Part shown: positions 1-15,545 of the stretch, piece by piece
Position numbering within the stretch: position 1 is the first letter of the stretch
Layout of the letters: each line of letters starts with the position of its first letter
NCBI GenBank assembly: GCA_964016885.1
Contig: OZ024740.1
Coordinates: 438,464,001-438,528,000 of the forward strand
Direction: 5' to 3'
Source: Eledone cirrhosa
Lineage: Eukaryota
DNA length: 64,000 nt
The notes under the pieces: model-generated
The model's input: only the letters and a program-made list of their open reading frames with translations
The model's database searches: none
Told to the model about the DNA's origin: nothing
Translations under genes and position numbers: made by a program

Positions 1-1799
1 ATACCTTTATAGAACATACCTTTATAGAACAGACCTTTATAGAACATACCTTTATAGAAAATACCTTTATAGAACATACCTTTATAGAATATACCTTTAT
101 AGAATATACCTTTATAGAACAGACCTTTATAGAACATACCTTTATAGAACATACCTTTATAGAACATACCTTTATAGAACATACCTTTATAGAACATACC
201 TTTATAGAAAATACCTTAATAGAACACACCTTTATAGAACTTATCTTTATAGTACATACCTTAATTGAACACACCTTTATAGAACACACCTTAATAGAAC
301 ACACCTTTATAGTACATACCTTAAAAGAACATACCTTTATAGAACACACCTTTATAGTACATACATTAATAGAACATACCTTAATAGAACATACCCTTAT
401 AGAACATACTTTAATAGAACATGCCTTTATAGAACAGACCTTTATAGAACATACCTTTATAGTTATTACCTTTATAGAACATACCTTAATAGAACATACC
501 TTTATAGAACACACATTTATAGAACAGACCCTTATAGAACATACCTTTATAGAATATACCTTTATAGAACAGACCTTTATAGAACATACCTTTATAGAAC
601 ACACCTTAATAGAACAAGCCTTTATAGAACAGGCCTTTATAGAACATATCTTTATAGTACATACCTTTATAGTACATACCTTAATAGAACATGCCTTTAT
701 AGAAAATACCTTTATAGAACAGACCTTTATAGAACATACCTTTATAGAAAATACCTTTATAGAAAATACCTTTATAGAACATACCTTTATAGAACATACC
801 TTTATAGAACATACCTTTATAGAACACACCTTAAGAGAACATACCTTTATAGAACATACCTTTATAGAACATACCTTTATAGAACATACCTTTATAGAAC
901 ATACCTTTCAGAACATACCTTTATAGAACATACCTTTATAGAATATACCTTTATAGAATATACCTTTATAGAACAGACCTTTATAGAACATACCTTTATA
1001 GAACATACCTTTATAGAACATACCTTTATAGAACAGACCTTTATAGAACATACCTTTATAGAAAATACCTTTATAGAACAGACCTTTATAGAACACACCT
1101 TTATAGAACATACCTTTATTGAACATACCTCAATATAACATACCTTAATAGAACACACCTTTATAGAACACACCTTAATAGAACACACCTTTATAGACCA
1201 TACCTTAATAGAACATACCTTTATAGAACAGACCTTTATAGAACATGCCTTTATAGAACATACCTTTATAGAACACACCTTAATAGAACATACCTTTATA
1301 GAACATACCTTTATAGAACACACCTTTATAGAACACACCTTTATAGAATATAGCTTTCTAGAACATACCTTTATAGAACAGATCTTTATAGAACATTCCT
1401 TTATAGTACATACCTTTATAGTACATACCTTAATAGAACACACCTTTATAGAATATAGCTTAATAGAACGTACCTTTATAGAACAGACCTTTTTAGAACA
1501 TACCTTTATAGAACATACCTTTATAGAACATACCTTTATTGAACACACCTTTATAGAATAGACCTTTATAGAACATACCTCTATAGAACATACCTTTATA
1601 GAATAGACCTTTATAGAACATACCTTTATAGAACATACATTTATAGAATAGACCTTTATAGAACATACCTTTATAGAATACACCTTTATAGAACAGATCT
1701 TTTTAGAACATACCTTCATAGAACACACCTTTATAGAACACACCTTTATAGAACACACCTTTATAGAATAGACCTTTATAGAACATACCTCTATAGAAC

Positions 1800-4700
1800 A
1801 TACCTTTATAGAACAGACCTTTATAGAACATACCTTTATAGAACATACCTTTATAGAACACACCTTAATAGAACATACCTTTATAGAACATAACTTTATA
1901 GAACATACCTTTATAGAACATAACTTTATAGAACATACCTTTATAGAACATACCTTTATAGAACATACCTTTATAGAATATACCTTTATAGAATATATCT
2001 TTATAGAACAGACCTTTATAGAACATACCTTTATAGAACATACCTTTATAGAACATACCTTTATAGAACAGACCTTTATAGAAAATACCTTTATAGAACA
2101 GACCTTTATAGAACATACCTTTATAGAAAATACCTTTATAGAAAATACCTTTATAGAACATACCTTTATAGAACATACCTTTATAGAACATACCTCTATA
2201 GAACACACCTTATGAGAACATACCTTTATAGTACATACCTTTATAGTACAAACCTTAATAGAACATACCTTTATAGAACAGACCTTTATAGAACATACCT
2301 TTATAGAACATACCTTTATAGAACATACCTTTATAGAACACACCTTTATAGAATAGACCTTTATAGAACATACCTCTATAGAACATACCTTTATAGAATA
2401 GACCTTTATAGAACATACCTTTATAGAACATACCTTTATAGAATAGACCTTTATAGACCATAGCTTTTTAGAACACACCTTTATAGAACATACCTTTATA
2501 GAACACACCTTTATAGAACATACCTTTATATTACACAACTTTATAGTACACACCTTTAGCGTACATACCTTAATAGAACATACCTTTATAGAACATATCT
2601 TTAGAGAATATATCTTTATAGAATAGACCTTTATAGAACATACCTTTATAGAACACACCTTTATAATACATAACTTTATAGAACACACCTTTATAGAACT
2701 TACCTTTATAGAACATACCTTTATAGAACACACCTTTATAGAATACACCTTAATATAACATACCTTAATAGAACACACCTTAATAGAACTTATCTTGATA
2801 GTACATACCTTTATAGAACATACCTTTATAGAATATACCTTTATAGAATGTACCCTTATAGAACACACCTTTATAGTACATACCTTAAAAGAACATACCT
2901 TTATAGAACACACCTTTATAGTACAAACATTAATAGAACATACCTTAATAGAACATACCTTTATAGAACATACTTTAATAGAACATGCCTTTATAGAACA
3001 TACTTTAATAGAACATGCCTTTATAGAACAGACCTTTATAGAACATACCTTTATAGTTATTACCTTTATAGAACATACCTTAATAGAACATAACTTTACA
3101 GAACACACCTTTATAGAACAGACCCTTATAGAACATACCTTTATAGAATATACCTTTATAGAACAGACCTTTATAGAACATACCTTTATAGAACACACCT
3201 TAATAGAACATGCCTTTATAGAACAGGCCTTTATAGAACATAACTTTATAGTACATACCTTTATAGTACATACCTTAATAGAACATGCCTTTATAGAAAA
3301 TACCTTTATAGAACAGACCTTTATAGAACATACCTTTATAGAAAATACCTTTCTAGAAAATACCTTTATAGAACATACCTTTATAGAACATACCTTTATA
3401 GAACATACCTTTATAGAACACACCTTAATAGAACATACCTTTATAGAACATACCTTTATAGAACATACCTTTATAGAACATAACTTTATAGAACATACCT
3501 TTATAGAACATACCTTTATAGAACATACCTTTATAGAATATACCTTTATAGAATATACCTTTATAGAACATACCTTTATAGAACATACCTTTATAGAACA
3601 CACCTTAATAGAACATACCTTTATAGAACATAACTTTATAGAACATACCTTTATAGAACATAACTTTATAGAACATACCTTTATAGAACATACCTTTATA
3701 GAACATACCTTTATAGAATATACCTTTATAGAATATATCTTTATAGAACAGACCTTTATAGAACATACCTTTATAGAACATACCTTTATAGAACATACCT
3801 TTATAGAACAGACCTTTATAGAACATACCTTTATAGAAAATACCTTTATAGAACATACCTTTATAGAATATACCTTTATAGAATATACCTTTATAGAACA
3901 GACCTTTATAGAACATACCTTTATAGAACATACCTTTATAGAACATACCTTTATAGAACATACCTTTATAGAACATACCTTTATAGAAAATACCTTTATA
4001 GAACATACCTTTATAGAACACACCTTTATAGAACATACCTTTATTGAACATACCTCAATATAACATACCTTAATTGAACACACCTTTATAGAACACACCT
4101 TAATAGAACACACCTTTATAGGACCATACCTTAATAGAACATACCTTTATAGAACAGACCTTTATAGAACATACCTTTATAGAACATACCTTTATAGAAC
4201 ACACCTTAATAGAACATACCTTTATAGAACATAACTTTATAGAACATACCTTTATAGAACATAACTTTATAGAACATACCTTTATAGAACATACCTTTAT
4301 AGAACATACCTTTATAGAATATACCTTTATAGAATATATCTTTATAGAACAGACCTTTATAGAACATACCTTTATAGAACATACCTTTATAGAACATACC
4401 TTTATAGAACAGACCTTTATAGAAAATACCTTTATAGAACAGACCTTTATAGAACATACCTTTATAGAAAATACCTTTATAGAAAATACCTTTATAGAAC
4501 ATACCTTTATAGAACATACCTTTATAGAACATACCTCTATAGAACACACCTTATGAGAACATACCTTTATAGTACATACCTTTATAGTACAAACCTTAAT
4601 AGAACATACCTTTATAGAACATAGCTTTATAGAACACACCTTAATAGAACACACTTTTATAGAACATAGCTTAATAGAACATACCTTTATAGAACAGACC

Positions 4701-7700
4701 TTTATAGAACATACCTTTATAGAACATACCTTTATAGAACATAACTTTATAGAACATACTTCTATAGAACATACCTTTATAGAATAGACCTTTATAGAAC
4801 ATACCTTTATAGAACATACCTTTATAGAATAGACCTTTATAGACCATACCTTTTTAGAACACACCTTTATAGAACATACCTTTATAGAACACACCTTTAT
4901 AGAACATACCTTTATATTACACAACTTTATAGTACACACCTTTAGCGTACATACCTTAATAGAACATACCTTTATAGAACATATCTTTAGAGAATATATC
5001 TTTATAGAATAGACCTTTATAGAACATACCTTTATAGAACACACCTTTATAATACATAACTTTATAGAACACACCTTTATAGAACTTACCTTTATAGAAC
5101 ATACCTTTATAGAACACACCTTTATAGAATATAACTTTATAGAATGTACCCTTATAGAACACACCTTTATAGTACATACCTTAAAAGAACATACCTTTAT
5201 AGAACACACCTTTATAGTACATACATTAATAGAACATACCTTAATAGAACATACCTTTATAGAACATACTTTAATAGAACATGCCTTTATAGAACATACT
5301 TTAATAGAACATGCCTTTATAGAACAGACCTTTATAGAACATACCTTTATAGTTATTACCTTTATAGAACATACCTTAATAGAACATGCCTTTATAGAAA
5401 ATACCTTTATAGAACAGACCTTTATAGAACATACCTTTATAGAAAATACCTTTCTAGAAAATACCTTTATAGAACATACCTTTATAGAACATACCTTTAT
5501 AGAACATACCTTTATAGAACACACCTTAATAGAACATACCTTTATAGAACATACCTTTATAGAACATACCTTTATAGAACATAACTTTATAGAACATACC
5601 TTTATAGAACATACCTTTATAGAACATACCTTTATAGAATATACCTTTATAGAATATACCTTTATAGAACATACCTTTATAGAACATACCTTTATAGAAC
5701 ACACCTTAATAGAACATACCTTTATAGAACATAACTTTATAGAACATACCTTTATAGAACATAACTTTATAGAACATACCTTTATAGAACATACCTTTAT
5801 AGAACATACCTTTATAGAATATACCTTTATAGAATATATCTTTATAGAACAGACCTTTATAGAACATACCTTTATAGAACATACCTTTATAGAACATACC
5901 TTTATAGAACAGACCTTTATAGAACATACCTTTATAGAAAATACCTTTATAGAACATACCTTTATAGAATATACCTTTATAGAATATACCTTTATAGAAC
6001 AGACCTTTATAGAACATACCTTTATAGAACATACCTTTATAGAACATACCTTTATAGAACATACCTTTATAGAACATACCTTTATAGAAAATACCTTTAT
6101 AGAACATACCTTTATAGAACACACCTTTATAGAACATACCTTTATTGAACATACCTCAATATAACATACCTTAATTGAACACACCTTTATAGAACACACC
6201 TTAATAGAACACACCTTTATAGGACCATACCTTAATAGAACATACCTTTATAGAACAGATCTTTATAGAACATACCTTTATAGAACATACCTTTATAGAA
6301 CACACCTTAATAGAACATACCTTTATAGAACATAACTTTATAGAACATACCTTTATAGAACATAACTTTATAGAACATACCTTTATAGAACATACCTTTA
6401 TAGAACATACCTTTATAGAATATACCTTTATAGAATATATCTTTATAGAACAGACCTTTATAGAACATACCTTTATAGAACATACCTTTATAGAACATAC
6501 CTTTATAGAACAGACCTTTATAGAAAATACCTTTATAGAACAGACCTTTATAGAACATACCTTTATAGAAAATACCTTTATAGAAAATACCTTTATAGAA
6601 CATACCTTTATAGAACATACCTTTATAGAACATACCTCTATAGAACACACCTTATGAGAACATACCTTTATAGTACATACCTTTATAGTACAAACCTTAA
6701 TAGAACATACCTTTATAGAACATAGCTTTATAGAACACACCTTAATAGAACACACTTTTATAGAACATAGCTTAATAGAACATACCTTTATAGAACAGAC
6801 CTTTATAGAACATACCTTTATAGAACATACCTTTATAGAACATACCTTTATAGAACACACCTTTATAGAACAGACCTTTATAGAACATACTTCTATAGAA
6901 CATACCTTTATAGAATAGACCTTTATAGAACATACCTTTATAGAACATACCTTTATAGAATAGACCTTTATAGACCATACCTTTTTAGAACACACCTTTA
7001 TAGAACATACCTTTATAGAACACACCTTTATAGAACATACCTTTATATTACACAACTTTATAGTACACACCTTTAGCGTACATACCTTAATAGAACATAC
7101 CTTTATAGAACATATCTTTAGAGAATATATCTTTATAGAATAGACCTTTATAGAACATACCTTTATAGAACACACCTTTATAATACATAACTTTATAGAA
7201 CACACCTTTATAGAACTTACCTTTATAGAACATACCTTTATAGAACACACCTTTATAGAATACACCTTAATATAACATACCTTAATAGAACACACCTTAA
7301 TAGAACTTATCTTGATAGTACATAACTTTATAGAACATACCTTTATAGAATATAACTTTATAGAATGTACCCTTATAGAACACACCTTTATAGTACATAC
7401 CTTAAAAGAACATACCTTTATAGAACACACCTTTATAGTACATACATTAATAGAACATACCTTAATAGAACATACCTTTATAGAACATACTTTAATAGAA
7501 CATGCCTTTATAGAACATACTTTAATAGAACATGCCTTTATAGAACAGACCTTTATAGAACATACCTTTATAGTTATTACCTTTATAGAACATACCTTAA
7601 TAGAACATAACTTTATAGAACACACATTTATAGAACAGACCCTTATAGAACATACCTTTATAGAATATACCTTTATAGAACAGACCTTTATAGAACATAC

Positions 7701-8640
7701 CTTTATAGAACACACCTTAATAGAACATGCCTTTATAGAACAGGCCTTTATAGAACATAACTTTATAGTACATACCTTTATAGTACATACCTTAATAGAA
7801 CATGCCTTTATAGAAAATACCTTTATAGAACAGACCTTTATAGAACATACCTTTATAGAAAATACCTTTCTAGAAAATACCTTTATAGAACATACCTTTA
7901 TAGAACATACCTTTATAGAACATACCTTTATAGAACAGACCTTAATAGAACATACCTTTATAGAACATACCTTTATAGAACATACCTTTATAGAACATAA
8001 CTTTATAGAACATACCTTTATAGAACATACCTTTATAGAACATACCTTTATAGAATATACCTTTATAGAATATACCTTTATAGAACCTACCTTTATAGAA
8101 CATACCTTTATAGAACACACCTTAATAGAACATACCTTTATAGAACATAACTTTATAGAACATACCTTTATAGAACATAACTTTATAGAACATACCTTTA
8201 TAGAACATACCTTTATAGAACATACCTTTATAGAATATACCTTTATAGAATATATCTTTATATAACAGACCTTTATAGAACATACCTTTATAGAACATAC
8301 CTTTATAGAACATACCTTTATAGAACAGACCTTTATAGAACATACCTTTATAGAAAATACCTTTATAGAACATACCTTTATAGAATATACCTTTATAGAA
8401 TATACCTTTATAGAACAGACCTTTATAGAACATACCTTTATAGAACATACCTTTATAGAACATACCTTTATAGAACATACCTTTATAGAACATACCTTTA
8501 TAGAAAATACCTTTATAGAACATACCTTTATAGAACACACCTTTATAGAACATACCTTTATTGAACATACCTCAATATAACATACCTTAATTGAACACAC
8601 CTTTATAGAACACACCTTAATAGAACACACCTTTATAGGA
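1800..8640. repeat. Three tandem copies of a 2.1-2.4 kb higher-order unit (about 140-161 monomers)
   Basis: The 16-bp monomer (TATAGGACCATACC, +G) occurs near 4121, 6222 and 8638 (spacings 2101 and 2416). The TTATGAGAAC marker occurs near 2211, 4552 and 6653. ORFs 892..4113, 4100..6214 and 6201..8630 have near-identical N-terminal translations. Confidence 0.88.
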
Positions 8641-11600
8641 CCATACCTTAATAGAACATACCTTTATAGAACAGACCTTTATAGAACATACCTTTATAGA
8701 ACATACCTTTATAGAACACACCTTAATAGAACATACCTTTATAGAACATACCTTTATAGAACACACCTTTATAGAACATACCTTTATAGAATATACCTTT
8801 CTAGAACATACCTTTATAGAACAGATCATTATAGAACATACCTTTATAGTACATACCTTTATAGTACATACCTTAATAGACATACCTTTATAGAACACAC
8901 CTTTATAGAATAGACCTTTATAGAACATACCTCTATAGAATATACCTTTATAGAATAGACCTTTATAGAACATACCTTTATAGAACATACCTTTATAGAA
9001 TAGACCTTTATAGAACATACCTTTTTAGAACACACCTTTATAGAACATACCTTTATATTACACAACTTTATAGTACACACCTTTAGCGTACATACCTTAA
9101 TAGAACATACCTTTATAGAACATATCTTTAGAGAATATATCTTTATAGAATTGACCTTTATAGAACATACCTTTATAGAACACACCTTTATAATACATAA
9201 CTTTATAGAACACACCTTTATAGAACATACCTTTATAGGACATACCTTTATAGAACACACCTTTATAGAATACACCTTAATATAACATACCTTAATAGAA
9301 CACACCTTTATAGAACTTATCTTTATAGTACATACCTTTATAGAACACACCTTTATAGAATATACCTTTATAGAATGTACCCTTATAGAACACACCTTTA
9401 TAGTACATACCTTAAAAGAACATACCTTTATAGAACACACCTTTATAGTACATACATTAATAGAACATACCTTAATAGAACATACCTTTATAGAACAAAC
9501 TTTAATAGAACATGCCTTTATAGAACATACTTTAATAGAACATGCCTTTATAGAACAGACCTTTATAGAACATACCTTTATGGTTATTACCTTTGTAGAA
9601 CATACCTTAATAGAACATACCTTTATAGAACACACCTTTATAGAACAGACCCTTATAGAACATACCTTTATAGAATATACCTTTATAGAACAGACCTTTA
9701 TAGAGCATACCTTTATAGAACACACATTAATAGAACATGCCTTTATAGAACAGGCCTTTATAGAACATACCTTTATAATACATACCTTTATAGTACATAC
9801 CTTAATAGAACATGCCTTTATAGAAAATACCTTTATAGAACAGACCTTTATAGAAAATACCTTTATAGAAAATACCTTTATAGAACATACCTTTATAGAA
9901 CATACCTTTATAGAACATACCTTTATAGAACACACCTTAATAGAACATACCTTTATAGAACATAACTTTATAGAACATACCTTTATAGAACATAACTTGA
10001 TAGAACATACCTTTATAGAACATACCTTAATAGAACATACCTTTATAGAACACACCTTTATAGAATAGACCTTTATAGAACATACCTTTATAGAACATAC
10101 CTTTATAGAACACACCTTTATAGAACATACCTTTATAGAACATACCTTTATAGAATAGACCTTTATAGAACATACCTTTTTAGAACACACCTTTATAGAA
10201 CATACCTTTATAGAACACACCTTTATAGAACATACCTTTATAGAACATACCTTTATAGAACATACCTCTATAGAACACACCTTATGAGAACATACCTTTA
10301 TAGTACATACCTTTATAGTACAAACCTTAATAGAACATACCTTTATAGAACATAGCTTTATAGAACACACCTTAATAGAACACACTTTTATAGAACATAG
10401 CTTAATAGAACATACCTTTATAGAACAGACCTTTATAGAACATACCTTTATAGAACATACCTTTATAGAACATACCTTTATAGAACACACCTTTATAGAA
10501 CAGACCTTTATAGAACATACTTCTATAGAACATACCTTTATAGAATAGACCTTTATAGAACATACCTTTATAGAACATACCTTTATAGAATAGACCTTTA
10601 TAGACCATACCTTTTTAGAACACACCTTTATAGAACATACCTTTATAGAACACACCTTTATAGAACATACCTTTATATTACACAACGTTATAGTACACAC
10701 CTTTAGCGTACATACCTTAATAGAACATACCTTTATAGAACATATCTTTAGAGAATATATCTTTATAGAATAGACCTTTATAGAACATACCTTTATAGAA
10801 CACACCTTTATAATACATAACTTTATAGAACACACCTTTATAGAACTTACCTTTATAGAACATACCTTTATAGAACACACCTTTATAGAATACACCTTAA
10901 TATAACATACCTTAATAGAACACACCTTAATAGAACTTATCTTGATAGTACATACCTTTATAGAACATACCTTTATAGAATATAACTTTATAGAATGTAC
11001 CCTTATAGAACACACCTTTATAGTACATACCTTAAAAGAACATACCTTTATAGAACACACCTTTATAGTACATACATTAATAGAACATACCTTTATAGAA
11101 CATACTTTAATAGAACATGCCTTTATAGAACATACTTTAATAGAACATGCCTTTATAGAACAGACCTTTATAGAACATACCTTTATAGTTATTACCTTTA
11201 TAGAACATACCTTAATAGAACATAACTTTATAGAACACACCTTTATAGAACAGACCCTTATAGAACATACCTTTATAGAATATACCTTTATAGAACAGAC
11301 CTTTATAGAACATACCTTTATAGAACACACCTTAATAGAACATGCCTTTATAGAACAGGCCTTTATAGAACATAACTTTATAGTACATACCTTTATAGTA
11401 CATACCTTAATAGAACATGCCTTTATAGAAAATACCTTTATAGAACAGACCTTTATAGAACATACCTTTATAGAAAATACCTTTCTAGAAAATACCTTTA
11501 TAGAACATACCTTTATAGAACATACCTTTATAGAACATACCTTTATAGAACAGACCTTAATAGAACATACCTTTATAGAACATACCTTTATAGAACATAC

Positions 11601-13535
11601 CTTTATAGAACATAACTTTATAGAACATACCTTTATAGAACATACCTTTATAGAACATACCTTTATAGAATATACCTTTATAGAATATACCTTTATAGAA
11701 CCTACCTTTATAGAACATACCTTTATAGAACACACCTTAATAGAACATACCTTTATAGAACATAACTTTATAGAACATACCTTTATAGAACATAACTTTA
11801 TAGAACATACCTTTATAGAACATACCTTTATAGAACATACCTTTATAGAATATATCTTTATAGAACAGACCTTTATAGAACATACCTTTATAGAACATAC
11901 CTTTATAGAACATACCTTTATAGAACAGACCTTTATTGAACATACCTCAATATAACATACCTTAATTGAACACACCTTTATAGAACACACCTTAATAGAA
12001 CACACCTTTATAGGACCATACCTTAATAGAACATACCTTTATAGAACAGACCTTTATAGAACATACCTTTATAGAACATACCTTTATAGAACACACCTTA
12101 ATAGAACATACCTTTATAGAACATACCTTTATAGAACACACCTTTATAGAACATACCTTTATAGAATATACCTTTCTAGAACATACCTTTATAGAACAGA
12201 TCATTATAGAACATACCTTTATAGTACATACCTTTATAGTACATACCTTAATAGACATACCTTTATAGAACACACCTTTATAGAATAGACCTTTATAGAA
12301 CATACCTCTATAGAATATACCTTTATAGAATAGACCTTTATAGAACATACCTTTATAGAACATACCTTTATAGAATAGACCTTTATAGAACATACCTTTT
12401 TAGAACACACCTTTATAGAACATACCTTTATATTACACAACTTTATAGTACACACCTTTAGCGTACATACCTTAATAGAACATACCTTTATAGAACATAT
12501 CTTTAGAGAATATATCTTTATAGAATTGACCTTTATAGAACATACCTTTATAGAACACACCTTTATAATACATAACTTTATAGAACACACCTTTATAGAA
12601 CATACCTTTATAGGACATACCTTTATAGAACACACCTTTATAGAATACACCTTAATATAACATACCTTAATAGAACACACCTTTATAGAACTTATCTTTA
12701 TAGTACATACCTTTATAGAACACACCTTTATAGAATATACCTTTATAGAATGTACCCTTATAGAACACTACTTTATAGTACATACCTTAAAAGAACATAC
12801 CTTTATAGAACACACCTTTATAGTACATACATTAATAGAACATACCTTAATAGAACATACCTTTATAGAACAAACTTTAATAGAACATGCCTTTATAGAA
12901 CATACTTTAATAGAACATGCCTTTATAGAACAGACCTTTATAGAACATACCTTTATGGTTATTACCTTTGTAGAACATACCTTAATAGAACATACCTTTA
13001 TAGAACACACCTTTATAGAACAGACCCTTATAGAACATACCTTTATAGAATATACCTTTATAGAACAGACCTTTATAGAGCATACCTTTATAGAACACAC
13101 ATTAATAGAACATGCCTTTATAGAACAGGCCTTTATAGAACATACCTTTATAATACATACCTTTATAGTACATACCTTAATAGAACATGCCTTTATAGAA
13201 AATACCTTTATAGAACAGACCTTTATAGAAAATACCTTTATAGAAAATACCTTTATAGAACATACCTTTATAGAACATACCTTTATAGAACATACCTTTA
13301 TAGAACACACCTTAATAGAACATACCTTTATAGAACATAACTTTATAGAACATACCTTTATAGAACATAACTTGATAGAACATACCTTTATAGAACATAC
13401 CTTAATAGAACATACCTTTATAGAACACACCTTTATAGAATAGACCTTTATAGAACATACCTTTATAGAACATACCTTTATAGAACACACCTTTATAGAA
13501 CATACCTTTATAGAACATACCTTTATAGAATAGAC
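6600..13535. repeat. Tandem duplication of a 3.4-3.6 kb block (about 6600-10160 repeated at about 10230-13535)
   Basis: Paired ORFs are offset by 3630 (6772/10402, 7312/10942, 7365/10995) and then by 3375 (8617/11992, 8859/12234, 9375/12750, 9580/12955). Shared rare markers include the 14-bp TAATAGACATACC monomer near 8880 and 12255, CAGATCATT and GAATTGAC. Confidence 0.88.
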
Positions 13536-13849
13536 CTTTAGAGAACATACCTTTTTAGAACACACCTTTATAGAACATACCTTTATAGAACACACCTTTA
13601 TAGAACATACCTTTATATTACACAACTTTATAGTACACACCTTTAGCGTACATACCTTAATAGAACATACCTTTATAGAACATATCTTTAGAGAATATAT
13701 CTTTATAGAATAGACCTTTATAGAACATACCTTTATAGAACACACCTTTATAATACATAACTTTATAGAACACACCTTTATAGAACATACCTTTATAGAA
13801 CATACCTTTATAGAACACACCTTTATAGAATACACCTTAATATGACATA

Positions 13850-15545
13850 CCTTAATAGAACACACCTTTATAGAACTTATCTTTATAGTACATACCTTAA
13901 TTGAACACACCTTTATAGAACACACCTTAATAGAACACACCTTTATAGTACATACCTTAAAAGAACATACCTTTATAGAACACACCTTTATAGTACATAC
14001 ATTAATAGAACATACCTTAATAGAACATACCCTTATAGAACATACTTTAATAGAACATGCCTTTATAGAACATACTTTAATAGAACATGCCTTTATAGAA
14101 CAGACCTTTATAGAACATACCTTTATAGTTATTACCTTTATAGAACATACCTTAATAGAACATACCTTTATAGAACACACATTTATAGAACAGACCCTTA
14201 TAGAACATACCTTTATAGAATATACCTTTATAGAACAGACCTTTATAGAACATACCTTTATAGAACACACCTTAATAGAACAAGCCTTTATAGATCAGGC
14301 CTTTATAGAACATATCTTTATAGTACATACCTTTATAGTACATACCTTAATAGAACATGCCTTTATAGAAAATACCTTTATAGAACAGACCTTTATAGAA
14401 CATACCTTTATAGAAAATACCTTTATAGAAAATACCTTTATAGAACATACCTTTATAGAACATACCTTTATAGAACATACCTTTATAGAACACACCTTAA
14501 GAGAACATACCTTTATAGAACATACCTTTATAGAACATACCTTTATAGAACATACCTTTATAGAACATACCTTTCAGAACATACCTTTATAGAACATACC
14601 TTTATAGAATATACCTTTATAGAATATACCTTTATAGAACAGACCTTTATAGAACATACCTTTATAGAACATACCTTTATAGAACATACCTTTATAGAAC
14701 AGACCTTTATAGAACATACCTTTATAGAAAATACCTTTATAGAACAGACCTTTATAGAACACACCTTTATAGAACATACCTTTATTGAACATACCTCAAT
14801 ATAACATACCTTAATAGAACACACCTTTATAGAACACACCTTAATAGAACACACCTTTATAGACCATACCTTAATAGAACATACCTTTATAGAACAGACC
14901 TTTATAGAACATGCCTTTATAGAACATACCTTTATAGAACACACCTTAATAGAACATACCTTTATAGAACATACCTTTATAGAACACACCTTTATAGAAC
15001 ACACCTTTATAGAATATAGCTTTCTAGAACATACCTTTATAGAACAGATCTTTATAGAACATTCCTTTATAGTACATACCTTTATAGTACATACCTTAAT
15101 AGAACATACCTTTATAGAATATATCTTTATAGAACTTAACTTTATAGAACATACCTTTATAGTACATACCTTTATAGTACAAACCTTAATAGAACATACC
15201 TTTATAGAACATAGCTTTATAGAACACACCTTAATAGAACACACCTTTATAGAATATAGCTTAATAGAACGTACCTTTATAGAACAGACCTTTATAGAAC
15301 ATACCTTTATAGAACATACCTTTATAGAACATACCTTTATTGAACACACCTTTATAGAATAGACCTTTATAGAACATACCTCTATAGAACATACCTTTAT
15401 AGAATAGACCTTTATAGAACATACCTTTATAGAACATACATTTATAGAATAGACCTTTATAGAACATACCTTTATAGAATACACCTTTATAGAACAGATC
15501 TTTTTAGAACATACCTTCATAGAACACACCTTTATAGAACACACC
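13850..15545. repeat. Long-range copy of about 215-1745 (offset 13,636-13,801 bp)
   Basis: The 14-bp CTTTCAGAAC monomer occurs near 908 and 14575 only. ORFs 908..1126 and 14574..14792 are identical (offset 13666). Shared markers include TTAAGAGAAC, TAGCTTTCTAG, CATTCC and GAACGTACC. Confidence 0.88.
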
